64,000 bases of DNA from assembly GCA_951406725.2 (NCBI GenBank), contig OX597815.1, forward strand, positions 12,958,001 to 13,022,000, given 5' to 3'. The number at the start of each line of letters is the position of its first letter. The first letter of the stretch is position 1. A model generated the notes under the pieces. That model did no database searches, was not told the origin of the DNA, and saw only the letters and a list, made by a program, of their open reading frames with translations. Below are positions 41,434-54,261 of this stretch, piece after piece. The translations under genes and the position numbers were made by a program. Source of the DNA: Octopus vulgaris (Eukaryota).

Positions 41434-41642
41434 TCTTTCAAAGTGTGACCTTGTGTGTACCGTTGGCGATTTTTTCCTCTGTCTTCCCTTCTCTGGATCT
41501 TTCCTTCTCCTGTGTTTCCGACGAAAAGCTCCGCTCGAAAGGTTAAGCCCTCCTTCTTTCCTTCTATCCTGAGCGTCCAATAATACTATTTTTGTTCCAC
41601 GTCCTCGCGTTGTTGTGTATTTTTGTGCTTTCTTCTTTGGAT

Positions 41643-41648
<6 letters not shown>
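41355..41648 (+). mobile_element. Short (TA)n-anchored element with degenerate hammerhead
   Basis: 41514-41548 reads gttt CCGACGA aaagc-tcc-gctc GAAAG GTT aag. The downstream CCTGAGCG..CTAATA-like motif resembles that of the 27850-28035 element. Confidence 0.5.
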
Positions 41649-41705
<57 letters not shown>

Positions 41706-41982
41706 AAAAGCAACAAGAATGGATTAGTTTTTCAGTACAATTGTTTCATTAGAAGAAGAGCTTTATTAAAAGCTGCAAATATTGCAGCAAATACAAGTGT
41801 CCCGTACTTGTATGAAACAATTGTACTGCAAAACTAATCCATTCTTGTGGCTTTTTTCTTGTTTATAATCACCCCACAATATTTTATGGTTAATACCATA
41901 AAGATTTCTGGTGCATCTACGTTAAGAACCGCATTCATGTGAATTCATTGGAACTCACTTGAATCTTAATTGCTTTTACTGA

Positions 41983-42013
<31 letters not shown>

Positions 42014-42027
42014 CATTTATATATATA

Positions 42028-42329
42028 TCACCGTGATCAGCGTGACCGACTAGGCTATCAGATGTTGCTACACATCGCTGGCCACAATGCGCTTCGCATT
42101 GATTTAGCCTTCAAATGACGCCATCCTGCTGGCTAAACGAGCAGGCCAACAGAAGAAAGAGTGAGAGATAGTTGTGGAGAAAGAGTACAGCAGGGATCGC
42201 CACCACCCCACCTCCCTGCTGGAGCCTCGTGGAGCCATATTTGGTTTCGCTCAATAAACACCCACAACGCCTGGTCTGGGAATCGAAACGGCGAGTCTGT
42301 TGCCCTAATCACTGGGCGACTGCGCCTCC
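42028..42329 (-). mobile_element. SINE C (tail type 1)
   Basis: Reverse complement of 4636-4925. Confidence 0.88.
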
Positions 42330-42360
<31 letters not shown>

Positions 42361-42593
42361 AGCCTAACTAGAGCAACGAAAATATCGTGAAATAAATATG
42401 CTGTTTTATATAAATCGTCCTTTTTATTCGTTCTTGAATCTATGTCATAAGCAATATTCGTCTATCAATGTATTTTTTTTCCAAAACAGCTATTCCTACA
42501 ACCAAATAATATCCATAGACATGTATATTTTCATAAAACTTTATCCTCGTATGCTATTTTCTTGTTGTTTCTGTAGCTGTTGTGGTTGCTGAT

Positions 42594-42878
42594 GTTGAGC
42601 TGTTGAGCGAACGGTCTTTGTAAGATCCGCAGAAGAGAAAGCAGGACAACCCCCGACACCGAGAGCATCGATCGGTGGATGAATGTGCATCCAGGCTCAG
42701 CAGTTGCGTAGGAAGTCGGGGACAAGAAACAGGAAGGAAGAGTGAGAGAAAGTTGCAGCAAAAGAGTACAACAGGGTCGCCACCACCATCCCTGCCGGAG
42801 CCTCGTGGAGCTTTAGGTTTGGGAATCGAAACTACGATCCTCCGACTGCGAGTCCACTGCCCTAACCACTGCGCCTCC
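42594..42878 (-). mobile_element. SINE C (tail type 2)
   Basis: Family C head and body with a different 3' segment. Confidence 0.8.
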
Positions 42879-44633
42879 ACTGTTCTTGCTGTTGTTGTTA
42901 TTGCTATGTCATTGCTCTTGTTGATGTTTTTTTATTGTTTCCGTCCTGAATGATAAACGTTATGATGATATACACTCCTGTGTCGTCCAAAACGTATTCT
43001 ACATATTAAGATTTTTATTTTTCCTTCGCCCTTATCCTTTCGTTAAGAAATATTCCGATTTCAGCGAAACCTGTCTCTTAATTCTATTACCTACCGATTA
43101 ATAATTTAACTGCAGCTTATTAAGTTACCACAAGTAGCATCTCAATGGTTTCCTTATAGTCTGAGAATCCTACTCCTGTCTTTTAATCAATTCACTGGCC
43201 TGTTTTCATACTCAAATATACACAAATTTACATACAATTATATTTGAAAAATTGCTTTCGTCTGATTCGAAAAACAATATCACTTATAAAAAAAAATTCC
43301 ATCATTTCTACGTCCTAGTTTATAATGGTGGCTCAAAATATTATTCGACCGACTATTTACATGAGTAAATAATTTCAGTTAGAAATTCTTCGGAGTAAGA
43401 AAATGTCTATTGATAAAGTGAAAGAAAATGTGTCATCAATAATTCTATGAACTCGATAGAAAACTTATTAAATTTTATATGAGTATATTCGCTATTGCTT
43501 CAAATAATTAGTGTCCAAATTTTGAACGCGGATCAAACTTTCTCAAATTGAATTACAAATAGGAATGAAGAATTCTCTAAGGAAAATAAAGTGTTTACTT
43601 CGTTTTACGGTTTAGTATGACCACCGTTCTGTGTTTAATATGGCCACATTGATGTAATCGCATTCAACTATTTAATGTATTTCTTGCCCTTTCTTGCTTC
43701 AAATAACAGAAGTGTCGAATTTCGTCTAGCTCGGCAATAATACACTATAAAAGGTGGTACTATACCGATTTTCATTAGTTATTACACACCCCAGACAGCA
43801 GAAATTATTATAATTAATTTGTATACATATATGCATGCAATTGTCCTCTTGTAATAAATCGTGTTAAAGAGAAATGGCATAGTAGAAAATTATATTATTA
43901 AGTAATCAAGAGAAATAGAAATGTATTAAGTTGGTTTACGTCCTATACTTCCCTGTTATATTGCTACCATAATCGAAAATTGAAAGCATCCTAACTTGCT
44001 ATTCGTCCCATTTTATTAGTTAATAAATCAACAGAAAGTTGACTAATGTTGATGATATCAAGTGATGTTTAGCTGCAACAGCATTGTAATTACGGGAACA
44101 GTTTTCATACAATAATACACTTGACAAGTCTCGAATATTCGCATGAAGTGTAATAGTTATGTTAAGTTTCTAGTCTTGGTAAATGCTTTTCAAATGTTAA
44201 ATGATTATTTTTACTATTTTGTTATTCTAGTATATATTTTGTCATACATCTGATTCCTTGCACCTGTTACATATTTGTAGCAAACTAATGAATGATATAT
44301 ATTTGAGAGTTGGACGTGCCAAGCGGTTTCAATAATATATTGCAATTTTGTAACAAAAACATTGAATAAGGCATGCTTAAAATTTAATCCCTCCGGCTGT
44401 AAATTCATCCCTTCCTGTTTCCAAATAAAACTAAATTATTATCATGAACTTGCAACCGAATAGAGAGATGAATAATTGGCAACGTTAACTGCAGTAAATT
44501 ATCTGCTGTAGAACTTTTTCTGGAATTTAGACATTTTGAAAATAACACCAATATAATCGGTAGAACTAAGCGCATTTCTAGTTTTATATGGACAGATAGT
44601 GTTTAGTTTTTCAAATTATATTGAAATTGGAAC

Positions 44634-44710
44634 GATCGTACTGACGAGTTCTGCGGACGAAGTATTACGTATGTAATTTATTCGGTAACAGACGAAACTG
44701 GTATACGATT
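44634..44710 (+). ncRNA. Hammerhead ribozyme motif, intact core
   Basis: gatcgta CTGACGA gttctg...cagac GAAAC TG GTA tacgatt. Stem I is 7 bp and stem II extends into a long hairpin (cgaa..attac/gtaat..ttcg). Confidence 0.82.
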
Positions 44711-44977
44711 AATTCTTGATTTTTATATAATTTTCATCTGTCCTGTCCGCTTATGTCCTGGTGTTCGCTGAATTGTTCTCTGGAGAACATTTTTTCCTTG
44801 TAGTAGATCGTACGTGATATTCTTCTAGCGTATGGTTATCCACCTAGTGGTTTCCCTAAATATACACATGTATTGAAATTTTTTCTGAGTCTTCATTATA
44901 TTTTTTATAAGCTAGGCTCCTGGTTTTAAATTGATATTAATTAAATTAATATTCAATTTATCTCCCTCATTATTTAA

Positions 44978-45021
<44 letters not shown>

Positions 45022-45071
45022 ACATATATACATATATACATACAGATATATATATATATAAATATATATAC

Positions 45072-45115
<44 letters not shown>

Positions 45116-45116
45116 G

Positions 45117-45148
<32 letters not shown>

Positions 45149-45489
45149 AAGGAACATGCACAAAAACTACACGCATAGACACACATATTCATGCATGCAC
45201 ACATATACACATACATACATACATACAAACTTTTTGTGTGTGAACAATTAGATGTACGACAATGCATCTAGATTAACATTTTATAGTGATCTTACAGTAT
45301 AGTACTGAGTCTATAACTTACTGAATAATTTTATTAATTATCACATACTGACCGTACGTTTAGAGAAATTAGGTTAAACAAGAGTACAAATTATTTGTTC
45401 TTATATAGGCTTCACCATTGCAGTTATTTGGAATTCCAACCGAATTTGGATACCTAACCGTCATTGTTTATTAGAAGAGAGTTTTGTAT

Positions 45490-45578
45490 TATTCTATTAC
45501 GGAGATCTAATATCTGAAGTTATACACATGGTGAGGGAATGTGTCTAACTTCAGATATTAGATCTCCATAATAGAATT
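45490..45578. repeat. Near-perfect palindrome core (degenerate arms extend ~45370-45700)
   Basis: attctattacggagatctaatatctgaagttatacacat / atgtgtctaacttcagatattagatctccataatagaat. Confidence 0.9.
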
Positions 45579-45740
45579 CAATAAAATGCTTCCCTAATGA
45601 CCCACCGCATTGCGGCTTCCAAATACACTCAGAATATTTAATGTTGTGTTCTAAATAATTGTTATGGTGAAACACATATATGAACTAATGATTTATGCTC
45701 GTGTTCATCTTGTCTTCCCTGTATATGCATATATATTAAT

Positions 45741-45829
<89 letters not shown>

Positions 45830-46076
45830 GGTTGTCTCCGTTAGCTTAAGTCATTGATTTCAAGGCTCTCCCCTGTTTTCGCCGAGACTTGAATTCAGTA
45901 GTGGGAGATAGACCCTAAGTGTGATCCGCGAGAGCTTGTTTGTCGGAATGCATTCATGGCTGTCCGACAAATGCGCTCTCGCGGCACACAGCATGGCTAT
46001 ATCAACCACAACTGAATTCAAACCACGGTGAAGAGAGGTTTGAAGAGGTCGACGACTTTAATATAACGGAGACAAC
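45830..46076. repeat. ~250 bp imperfect GC-richer fold-back next to (TA)n
   Basis: gttgtctccgtta..ttgaattcagt..gtgtg..ccgcgagagc..tttgtcgga / tccgacaaa..gctctcgcgg.cacac..actgaattcaa..taacggagacaac. Confidence 0.82.
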
Positions 46077-46161
46077 GCTCGTATATCGCCTAAGAAAACG
46101 CAACTAGATCTCCTTATGCAAGCAAACAGTTGCATAATCAAATACTTGTATTGTTGGAGAA

Positions 46162-46367
46162 CAACGTTGCGTGTGAACAATTGTAGCGAAAACTGAACCC
46201 CTTCTTCCTGACTCCGATTTCTTCAATTCTATATTCGCACTGGACGAATGCTCGAATTTAAACTTGGAAGTATATAATAATACTAATATGTAATAGTACT
46301 GGGTTATTCTGAATGTGGACCAGCTTTATACTCTACAACTTTCCTAACGGAATATAACATAGCTATA

Positions 46368-46414
<47 letters not shown>

Positions 46415-46871
46415 ATATATATATAAATATTAGGGAATAAATCCAAATTTACAGGGAAAAAATCAGATTTAGGATTAAATCCAATTTTATAGTAAAATAT
46501 TATATAATATTAATTAGAGACAAAAACCACTATTTTGCAAAACAAGCAAGGAAAGACTTATTCAATACATAAAATTTTAATAAAAAGTAAAAAAACCGCC
46601 ACTACAATTGTTTCATGTCTTGAACGACAATCTTCAGGTGGATTTCCGATTTTCAAATCAGTTTCAAATTATGAAAAATTATGTTTGTTTTGCAAAATAG
46701 AGTATAAAGCTCGTCCACATTCAGAATAACCCAGTACTATTACATATTAGTATTATTATATACTTCCAAGTTTAAATTCGAGCATTCGTCGAGTGCGAAT
46801 ATAAAATTGAAGAAATTGGAGTCAGGAAGAAGGGGTTCAGTTTTCGCTACATTTGTTCACACGCAACGTTG
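46162..46871. mobile_element. Hammerhead-bearing element with ~175 bp inverted duplication
   Basis: 46162-46335 is the reverse complement of 46698-46871. A (TA)n tract and a hammerhead-containing terminal module lie between them. Confidence 0.82.
46599..46641 (-). ncRNA. Minimal hammerhead ribozyme motif, intact core
   Basis: Minus strand reads ccac CTGAAGA ttgtc-gttcaa-gacat GAAAC AATT GTA gtgg. Loop III is the palindrome AATT. Confidence 0.82.
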
Positions 46872-46894
46872 TTTTGCATAATTTTTGTCTCTAA

Positions 46895-47008
<114 letters not shown>

Positions 47009-47187
47009 AATTAAAATACACAGTATACAGTTACGAACTACTAATAGTTTTATGCCTTGTAGATGCAGGGACCTTGTAAACTGGTAAACTTTATAGGCCA
47101 TCTGCTAAGATCCTCGCAGCTGCTAGGAGACACAAGGTGTATTACTGAAAGTTGCCTAGACTCTAATTCCAATTCTTGAAAGCATGT

Positions 47188-47598
47188 ATTTCTTTATTGC
47201 CCACAAGGCGCTTAACACAGAGGGGACAAACAAGGAAAGACAAAGATATTAAGTCCATCACATCAACTCCAGTGCGTAACTGGTATTTATTTAATCGTCC
47301 CCAAAAGGATGAAAGGCATATTCGATCTCGGCGGAATTTGAGCTCAGAACGTAACTGCAGACGAAATACCTATTTCTTTAATACCCACAAGGGGCTAAAC
47401 ACAGAGAGGACAAACAAGGACAGACAAACAGATTAAGTCGATTATATTGACTCCAGTGCGTAAATGGTATTATTTAATCGTCCCCGAAAGGATGAAAGGC
47501 AAAGTCGACTGCGGTGGAATTTGAACTCAGAACGTAAAAACAGACGGAATACTGCTAACCATTTCGCCCGGCGCGCTAACGATTCTGCCAGCTCGCCG
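47188..47598 (-). mobile_element. Head-to-tail SINE A pair
   Basis: Full copy at 47367-47598 followed, on the minus strand, by a headless copy at 47188-47370. Confidence 0.88.
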
Positions 47599-48487
47599 GC
47601 TTCTTGAAAGTATTAGTAACTCATACTTGCATACAGTGTATATTTTCTCACTGGATAGGGTACTTTTTGGGAAGTGTAACCTTAACAGAGAACTATATAT
47701 ATGTATGTGTGTGTATTTATGTATGTATATACATGTATACATATGTGTGTGTCTATTCACACACATAGATGCGAATATTTTCCTTGTGTGCCAGTGCACC
47801 ATTATATGTGTGTAGGCACATGCATATATGGGTAGGCCAGTGTGCGTGTATTAATGTATATGAAAGGAAAGTGTATTTAAGTACATGTATATCAATCTTT
47901 ACCCTGATGTGATTTGGCGTGTAGCAGCAGAGAAAATCCTTAAATAATATATGTTGAACGAGATTTAATTTGCATTGCCCTGTTCCTCTGCTTAACATAC
48001 TTTTCCCTAAAATTGATTATACTCCTCGATGACATCTCGTGTCGTTTGTTAAGTAATCAATCTCGGTCTACGCAGAGCGTTGAATGTATTTGCCAGCGGA
48101 TCGAGGGAGTCGTAGATTTTACTAAGCGGATCCTCACCCTTCTAGCATTTAACGGAGAGTGAAATGTTGTTCTTCAAATTACATCTGTTAGCAAGTACTT
48201 TATATGCTTTAATTATTTTCTTTTGTGTCTTAATGGAAATGATATTAAGTAACATGGATTGAACCGGGGCATATGGGAAATTCCATTAGAGATTCACTGA
48301 GAATTAGATTGGCTAATCACTCTTACGATGTTAAGTACTCTCTAAGCATTACTGATATGTAGCTTGACATCGTCCTTACTAAGATACTATTTTGCTATAA
48401 GTATACTAAACGAACGTGTCGCTTTCCACTGTACTACTATACCTTGAGATAAACCTATCTACCTAGATTTATACGAGGGAATTTCGA

Positions 48488-48550
48488 TTTTCTAGTTTAA
48501 TATAGAAACAAGTATACCATGAATCACATTTTAAAATGAGAAATATGTAT

Positions 48551-48625
<75 letters not shown>

Positions 48626-48626
48626 C

Positions 48627-48671
<45 letters not shown>

Positions 48672-49136
48672 TATATACACACATATATATATACTCAAAA
48701 TAAGCAACAAGAATAACTTCGGTAATTTGGTACGATCGTACATTTTATTAAATGTTGTAAGTATTACAACAGTTTTAAAATGTTGAGCAATCATCAGCCA
48801 TTAATAGATGTTTCCCATTAATACATAATTTCATATATGAAAATTATGTATTAATGGAAAACCTCTATTATATATATATATGAAAGTTATGCATCAGTGG
48901 AAAACCTCTATTAATGGCTGATGATTGCTCAACATTTTAAAACTGTTGTAATACTTACAACATTTAATAAAATGATGTAGCGTGAAACGATCGTACCAAA
49001 TTACGAAGTTATTCTTGTTGCTTATTTTGAGTATATATATATGCGTGTGTGTGTGTGTGTGCGTGTGTGGATACATATTTCACATTTTAGAATATGATTC
49101 ATGGGATAGTTGTTTCTATAATAAACTGGAAAATCA
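48488..49136. mobile_element. ~650 bp palindrome with divergent hammerhead arms
   Basis: The arms mirror each other, including the internal TA/CA tract and the outer sequence (gattttctagtttaatatagaaacaa / ttgtttctataataaactggaaaatc). Confidence 0.85.
48915..48998 (+). ncRNA. Hammerhead ribozyme motif, intact core, long stem II
   Basis: tgg CTGATGA ttgct...agcgt GAAAC GATC GTA cca. The mirror copy at ~48729-48800 has lost GAAA. Confidence 0.75.
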
Positions 49137-49380
49137 CCCTCCCAGGCACAAGTCTGGGCAAGTTTGTTTTTATGGAAGACCAGCAGTCGCCCATGCATAC
49201 CACCCTCCCCTCACCACGCCACCAGTGTTATCCAAGACAACGGCAAAGGCCGATACAGCTTGGCACCTGTGACGTCGCAACTCATTTCTACAGCTGAGTG
49301 AACTGGAGCAACGTGAAATAAAGTGTCTGTCTCAAGAACACAATACGCAGCCTGGTCCGGGATTCGAGCTCACAACCTTC
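49137..49380 (-). mobile_element. Truncated tRNA-derived SINE, family D
   Basis: Minus strand has B box GAGCTCGAATCCC, then TTGTGTTCTTGAG.CAGACACTTTATTTCACGTTGCTCCAGTTCACTCAGCTG, shared with 63497-63800. Confidence 0.78.
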
Positions 49381-50442
49381 CCTCTCTCCTCGTGAGAGGG
49401 GAGAAAGAAGGAGAGAGAGACAAATGGGCAATGTTTTACCAAGGATAAAAACTATCATTGACATCGTCATCATTTATCCCTTAGCGAGATTTTACAGTTA
49501 AAAACAGAAATTCACTGAGAAGCCAGTGGATCGCCAGGCCCGGTGTTCCAACCTCCTCTGGTTGATTTTCTGTCGAATACCACGGATTTATGAGACCAAC
49601 CAGAAGTGGTTGCTCCGATAATGTAATCAGTATGGGACACAGCATTTTCGTAAATTATACATGTTGATCTGAAGAATATTCTCCATCCACTGTTGTAGGT
49701 GAGTGATGTGTTCATTGAATATTAATATATTTCTAGAAACTGTTTTAAAGATCGGAAAAAGGATTTTCAAAAGCCTATTGCTATTCATTTACTCATATGC
49801 CTAACCTGCATTTCCTTTGATAGCGCGATTGGTAGCACCATATATTGCGAATTTACAGCAATTTACATTTCCAAATTTTAACGCTGAATTAACATACGAG
49901 CATATAAAACAAAGTTACTGCATAGAGAATGTCCCTATCAAAGTCTGCATCAATAATGGTAGAATAGTCCTATAAAACATCGATTGTTGCAACAAAAGCA
50001 ATGTTAGTGCTTTGCATAATTAATCTGTAGCGTGAGAGTTCAGCAGTGGATCAATGGGGAAGCTTGGAGGAATGTTGCTGCATACAACTTTCTGCTAAAC
50101 TCTGCTAAACCAATACGAAGATTTTTAATAGAAGTATCGGCCAAAATGGTTTATTCGGCGATTTGGGGGGGGATTCGTGGGACTCACCAAACTGGAGATG
50201 TTAAGATATGAAAATAATAAAAAAGGAAAATATAGACTAACTCATGTGACATTGAAGCTATTTTCAGTTGCAGAGAAATCCGTGTGGTTTAATAGTTTTC
50301 CGCAAAGTCAGTATTTGGAATCATTGCGTGTATTTATTATTTCTGTGCTTTGTTTGTTTAGAGAACCGTAAATGATGTGAACTATAAATATATACAAGCA
50401 CATATCTACTACCACCAACAGCAGCGCCACAATTACTACAAC

Positions 50443-50514
50443 AACTACTACTACTACTACTACTACTACTAATACTACTACTACTACTACTACGATTACT
50501 ACTACTACTACGAT

Positions 50515-50600
<86 letters not shown>

Positions 50601-50612
50601 TTAATACTACTA
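50443..50612. repeat. (CTA)n microsatellite
   Basis: Direct observation. Confidence 0.97.
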
Positions 50613-50804
50613 TAATCATAAACACTATGCTTTTTCGGTAAAATCCGAAGCATTAAATAGAGAGAGATGAATTATAATTTCAACAATTGAGGGTAAAATT
50701 AATTAATTATTAATCAATTTCATATTCAGTATAAAGGGACCATTTAAGGCGAATTCAAATTATTACATTATATAAAAGGGTTATAAAATAAATTACGTTG
50801 CCAC

Positions 50805-50853
<49 letters not shown>

Positions 50854-52042
50854 CGTAATCATTTCGACTATAGAATATTAGAATATGGTAGTATTATTAA
50901 ATTGCACTTTTGCTACATACTGCAATAATAGTAAGACCATGTGGGAAATCTCACATTCTGGCGATATAAAAACACATCGAAGGGAGACAATGAAGAGAGA
51001 TTATAAATTGTGGTCCACCAGAAGAAAAAAAAAAGAAAAAACTGCCGCTACAGCTATACGTATCGGCTGAAATTCTTGAAATGTACACCGCCGCAAGGTA
51101 TTTTTGTGACATTTGACCTCAGTTTTTATTAAATGCTTCTTTTTTTTTAAGTATATTGATTCATCGTATATCTGATCGCAACAGTCTACTAGTTTTATCT
51201 TTCTACTAGCTCACAAATGTTAACCTTCAGATTCAGTTTTCACCATCTTAATCTTTCCCGTATTCATATCATTGATTTATATATTTGTTAATTATCGTCC
51301 TCCTCTAAATCCCCATATAAATACTTATATCAATGATAAACTCAGGAACATAACCCATCTCCACGATCTGGAAATTGAGGAAACAACGTACGGTACTGTA
51401 TATTCCACATCAGATAACTTCATATCGTATATTTATCTTCTGCTATTTAATATGTATTCGCACAGTTATTTCACTAAGTTTATGGATATTTTAGTTCCAT
51501 ATAAATTACTTCTACTCTTTATCTCATTTAGAGTCACCATTTTCAGACGTGCCTGTTCAATTTATTTGTTTCGTGGGAACTTAATTTTCTTATCGAGCAC
51601 TTTATTTATATAGCATTTTTTCAGTCGATAATCACGATATTCGTGGATGCTGATGTACTTATATTACAGCATTGTATATATGAATCTAGATTTCTTGCCG
51701 AAAACACTGGTGAGGGCATTTTACAAGATTCGCGAATATTTCTTAATTTTTTTATCGATATCTTTATATAAAAAATGTGGTTTTCGTTTAGCAATAAACT
51801 AATTGATTTTTTTATCAAACGTTTTGGACATAGATACTTCTTCTTGCAACGTCCATAATAAAGCAGCACAAAAATAAAGAAAGAAAAACAAAATATCTAT
51901 CACGGAGCATCCTGCTAATTTTTATCTTCAATTATATTATCCAATGCATATTGAGAATACCAACATGCGTTCGTTGCATTTCTTTCTGTCCAGAAGCGTA
52001 AGATACGTAACTGCAATAGACTGTAGAGTCAACTTGAAAGTA

Positions 52043-52079
<37 letters not shown>

Positions 52080-52212
52080 TATATAATATTAAATTAGAGA
52101 TAGAACCGCTATTAGGCAAATCATACAATGAGAAACTTAAGAATACATAAGATTATTTAACTTATATTATTTAAATATATAACAAAATTATTAAAAAATA
52201 TAATTAATATAA

Positions 52213-52276
52213 CACTACGATCGTTTAATGGCTTTAAATTTCTTTAAATTTTCGAGTTACAGTCATTCATCAGGTG
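52213..52276 (-). ncRNA. Degenerate hammerhead motif (G12>T)
   Basis: Minus strand reads ccac CTGATGA atgac...gccat TAAAC GATC GTA gtg. Same family context as 46599-46641. Confidence 0.6.
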
Positions 52277-52357
52277 GTTTAAATATTTGGCGAGGTTTAA
52301 TCTCTAATTTAATATAATATAATTTTTTACTATAAAATTGGATTTATTCCTAATATT

Positions 52358-52429
<72 letters not shown>

Positions 52430-52893
52430 GAGTGCTTTTATGTACCATGATTTCAAATGAGAGAACCTCTTCATATGACAGATCCTCTTAAACGCAGTAT
52501 TCTCTGGTGAAACACAAGTTCCATGATAAGTTTGGGACTGAGGTGGCCCTTTCGAAGATTTAATGCTATTGTTGTTATGAATTATTATTTTAATGAGCCC
52601 GCTGTATATTTGTGACACCAGTGACTGAATGGACACTAATATTCTCTAGATAGCTGATGGGGAGAATTAGCTGTTATGTTGCTGCTAGATATATGTCACT
52701 GAGGAGCCCCAAAACAGCGAAATCTCATTCTCTGACAGTTCCGGTTGCCGGAGCAGAGGGTTCTCCTCTGTCAACGATATTTATGTGAGTGATTTGACAC
52801 ACGACGAGTCCATATGAGAGATCCATTGGAGCTAAAGAACGCAGTGTTCTGTATTCGAACACAACCAACACATTAAGTTGTCGATCCTGATTG

Positions 52894-52956
<63 letters not shown>

Positions 52957-53619
52957 CAAACACACACACCTATATATATATACAAACACACACACACACA
53001 CACACACAAATACACGCACACAAACAGACACATACATATAACGGTTCATTGGCAATTAATTCTTGACTAATATATAATTCAGAGTCAGTTATGGATACTT
53101 TCTTCATCTACAAATTTGCATTGCTGTTGGCATGGAATCCATTTCAGATTACTGATATCTAAAACAGATTATACAAGCCACCAGATGGGGACAATATGTA
53201 ACAATGTTGGCTCCAATCGTCAGCACATGTTGACATCAATATAAACCGAATCCAAAGAACTGAGATTTCTGTTAATTCTTGCCATTTGTTAAACGATAGT
53301 CACAGAGTTCCGAGACAGAATTTAATGCATAATGCATATCGTCATTGACTCTGACTGAGAAAAATACATATTGATCAAGAGGGGAAAATATGCGAATATT
53401 CTTTTGTTGGTTCTAAGGAGTAATATAACGTAAGAATATCCAAACACCAGTTTACCGAAATTTACACATTTCTCTTTTTTTTATCATTCCAACATTTTAT
53501 TATGTTACATCTGCAATTAATATAATGTATAAACATCAAACAACCTCATTTAGTTTTTGGTCTGTAATTCTGCAGGTTCTTGCCTGTATATCTACGAAAG
53601 AGACATAAATCCAGAACAT

Positions 53620-54261
53620 AGCCGACTACTTATTCTATCGGTCTATTTTGCCGAACCGCTAGGTGACGGGGACGTAAACACACCAGCATCGGTTGTCAAG
53701 CAATGCTAGGGGGACAAACACAGACACACAAACACACACATACATATATATATACATACATATATATGACAGGCTTCTTTCAGTTTCCGTTTACCAAATC
53801 CACTCACAAGGCATTGGTCGGCCCGGGGCTATAGCAGAAGTGGCTGTGTGCTAAGTAGCTTGCTAACCAACCACATGGTTCCGGGTTCAGTCCCACTGCG
53901 TGGCATCTTGGGCAAGTATCTTCTGCTATAGTCCCGGGCCGACCAATGCCTTGTGAGTGGATTTGGTAAACGGAAACTGAAAGAAGCCTGTCATATATAT
54001 GTATATATATATATATGTATGTGTGTGTTTGTGTGTCTGTGTTTGTCCCCTAGCATTGCTTGACAACCGATGCTGGTGTGTTTACGTCCCCGTCACTTAG
54101 CGGTTCGGCAAAAGTGACCGATAGAATAAGTAGTCGGCTTACAAAGAGTAAGTCCCGGGGTCGATTTGCTCGACTAAAGGCGGTGCTCCAGCATGGCCGC
54201 AGTCAAATGACTGAAACAAGTAAAAGAGTAAAAGAGTAAAGAGTAAAAGAGTAAAAGAGTA
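53620..54261 (+). mobile_element. SINE B with inverted duplication at its 5' end
   Basis: 53620-53840 is the reverse complement of 53920-54139. The SINE proper spans ~53834-54261 with a (GTAAAAGA)n tail. Confidence 0.92.

Noticed and set aside
49512-49715. GC-richer 67 aa ORF as a host exon
   Set aside because: No recognisable domain, no convincing splice-site pair, and stops in alternative frames.
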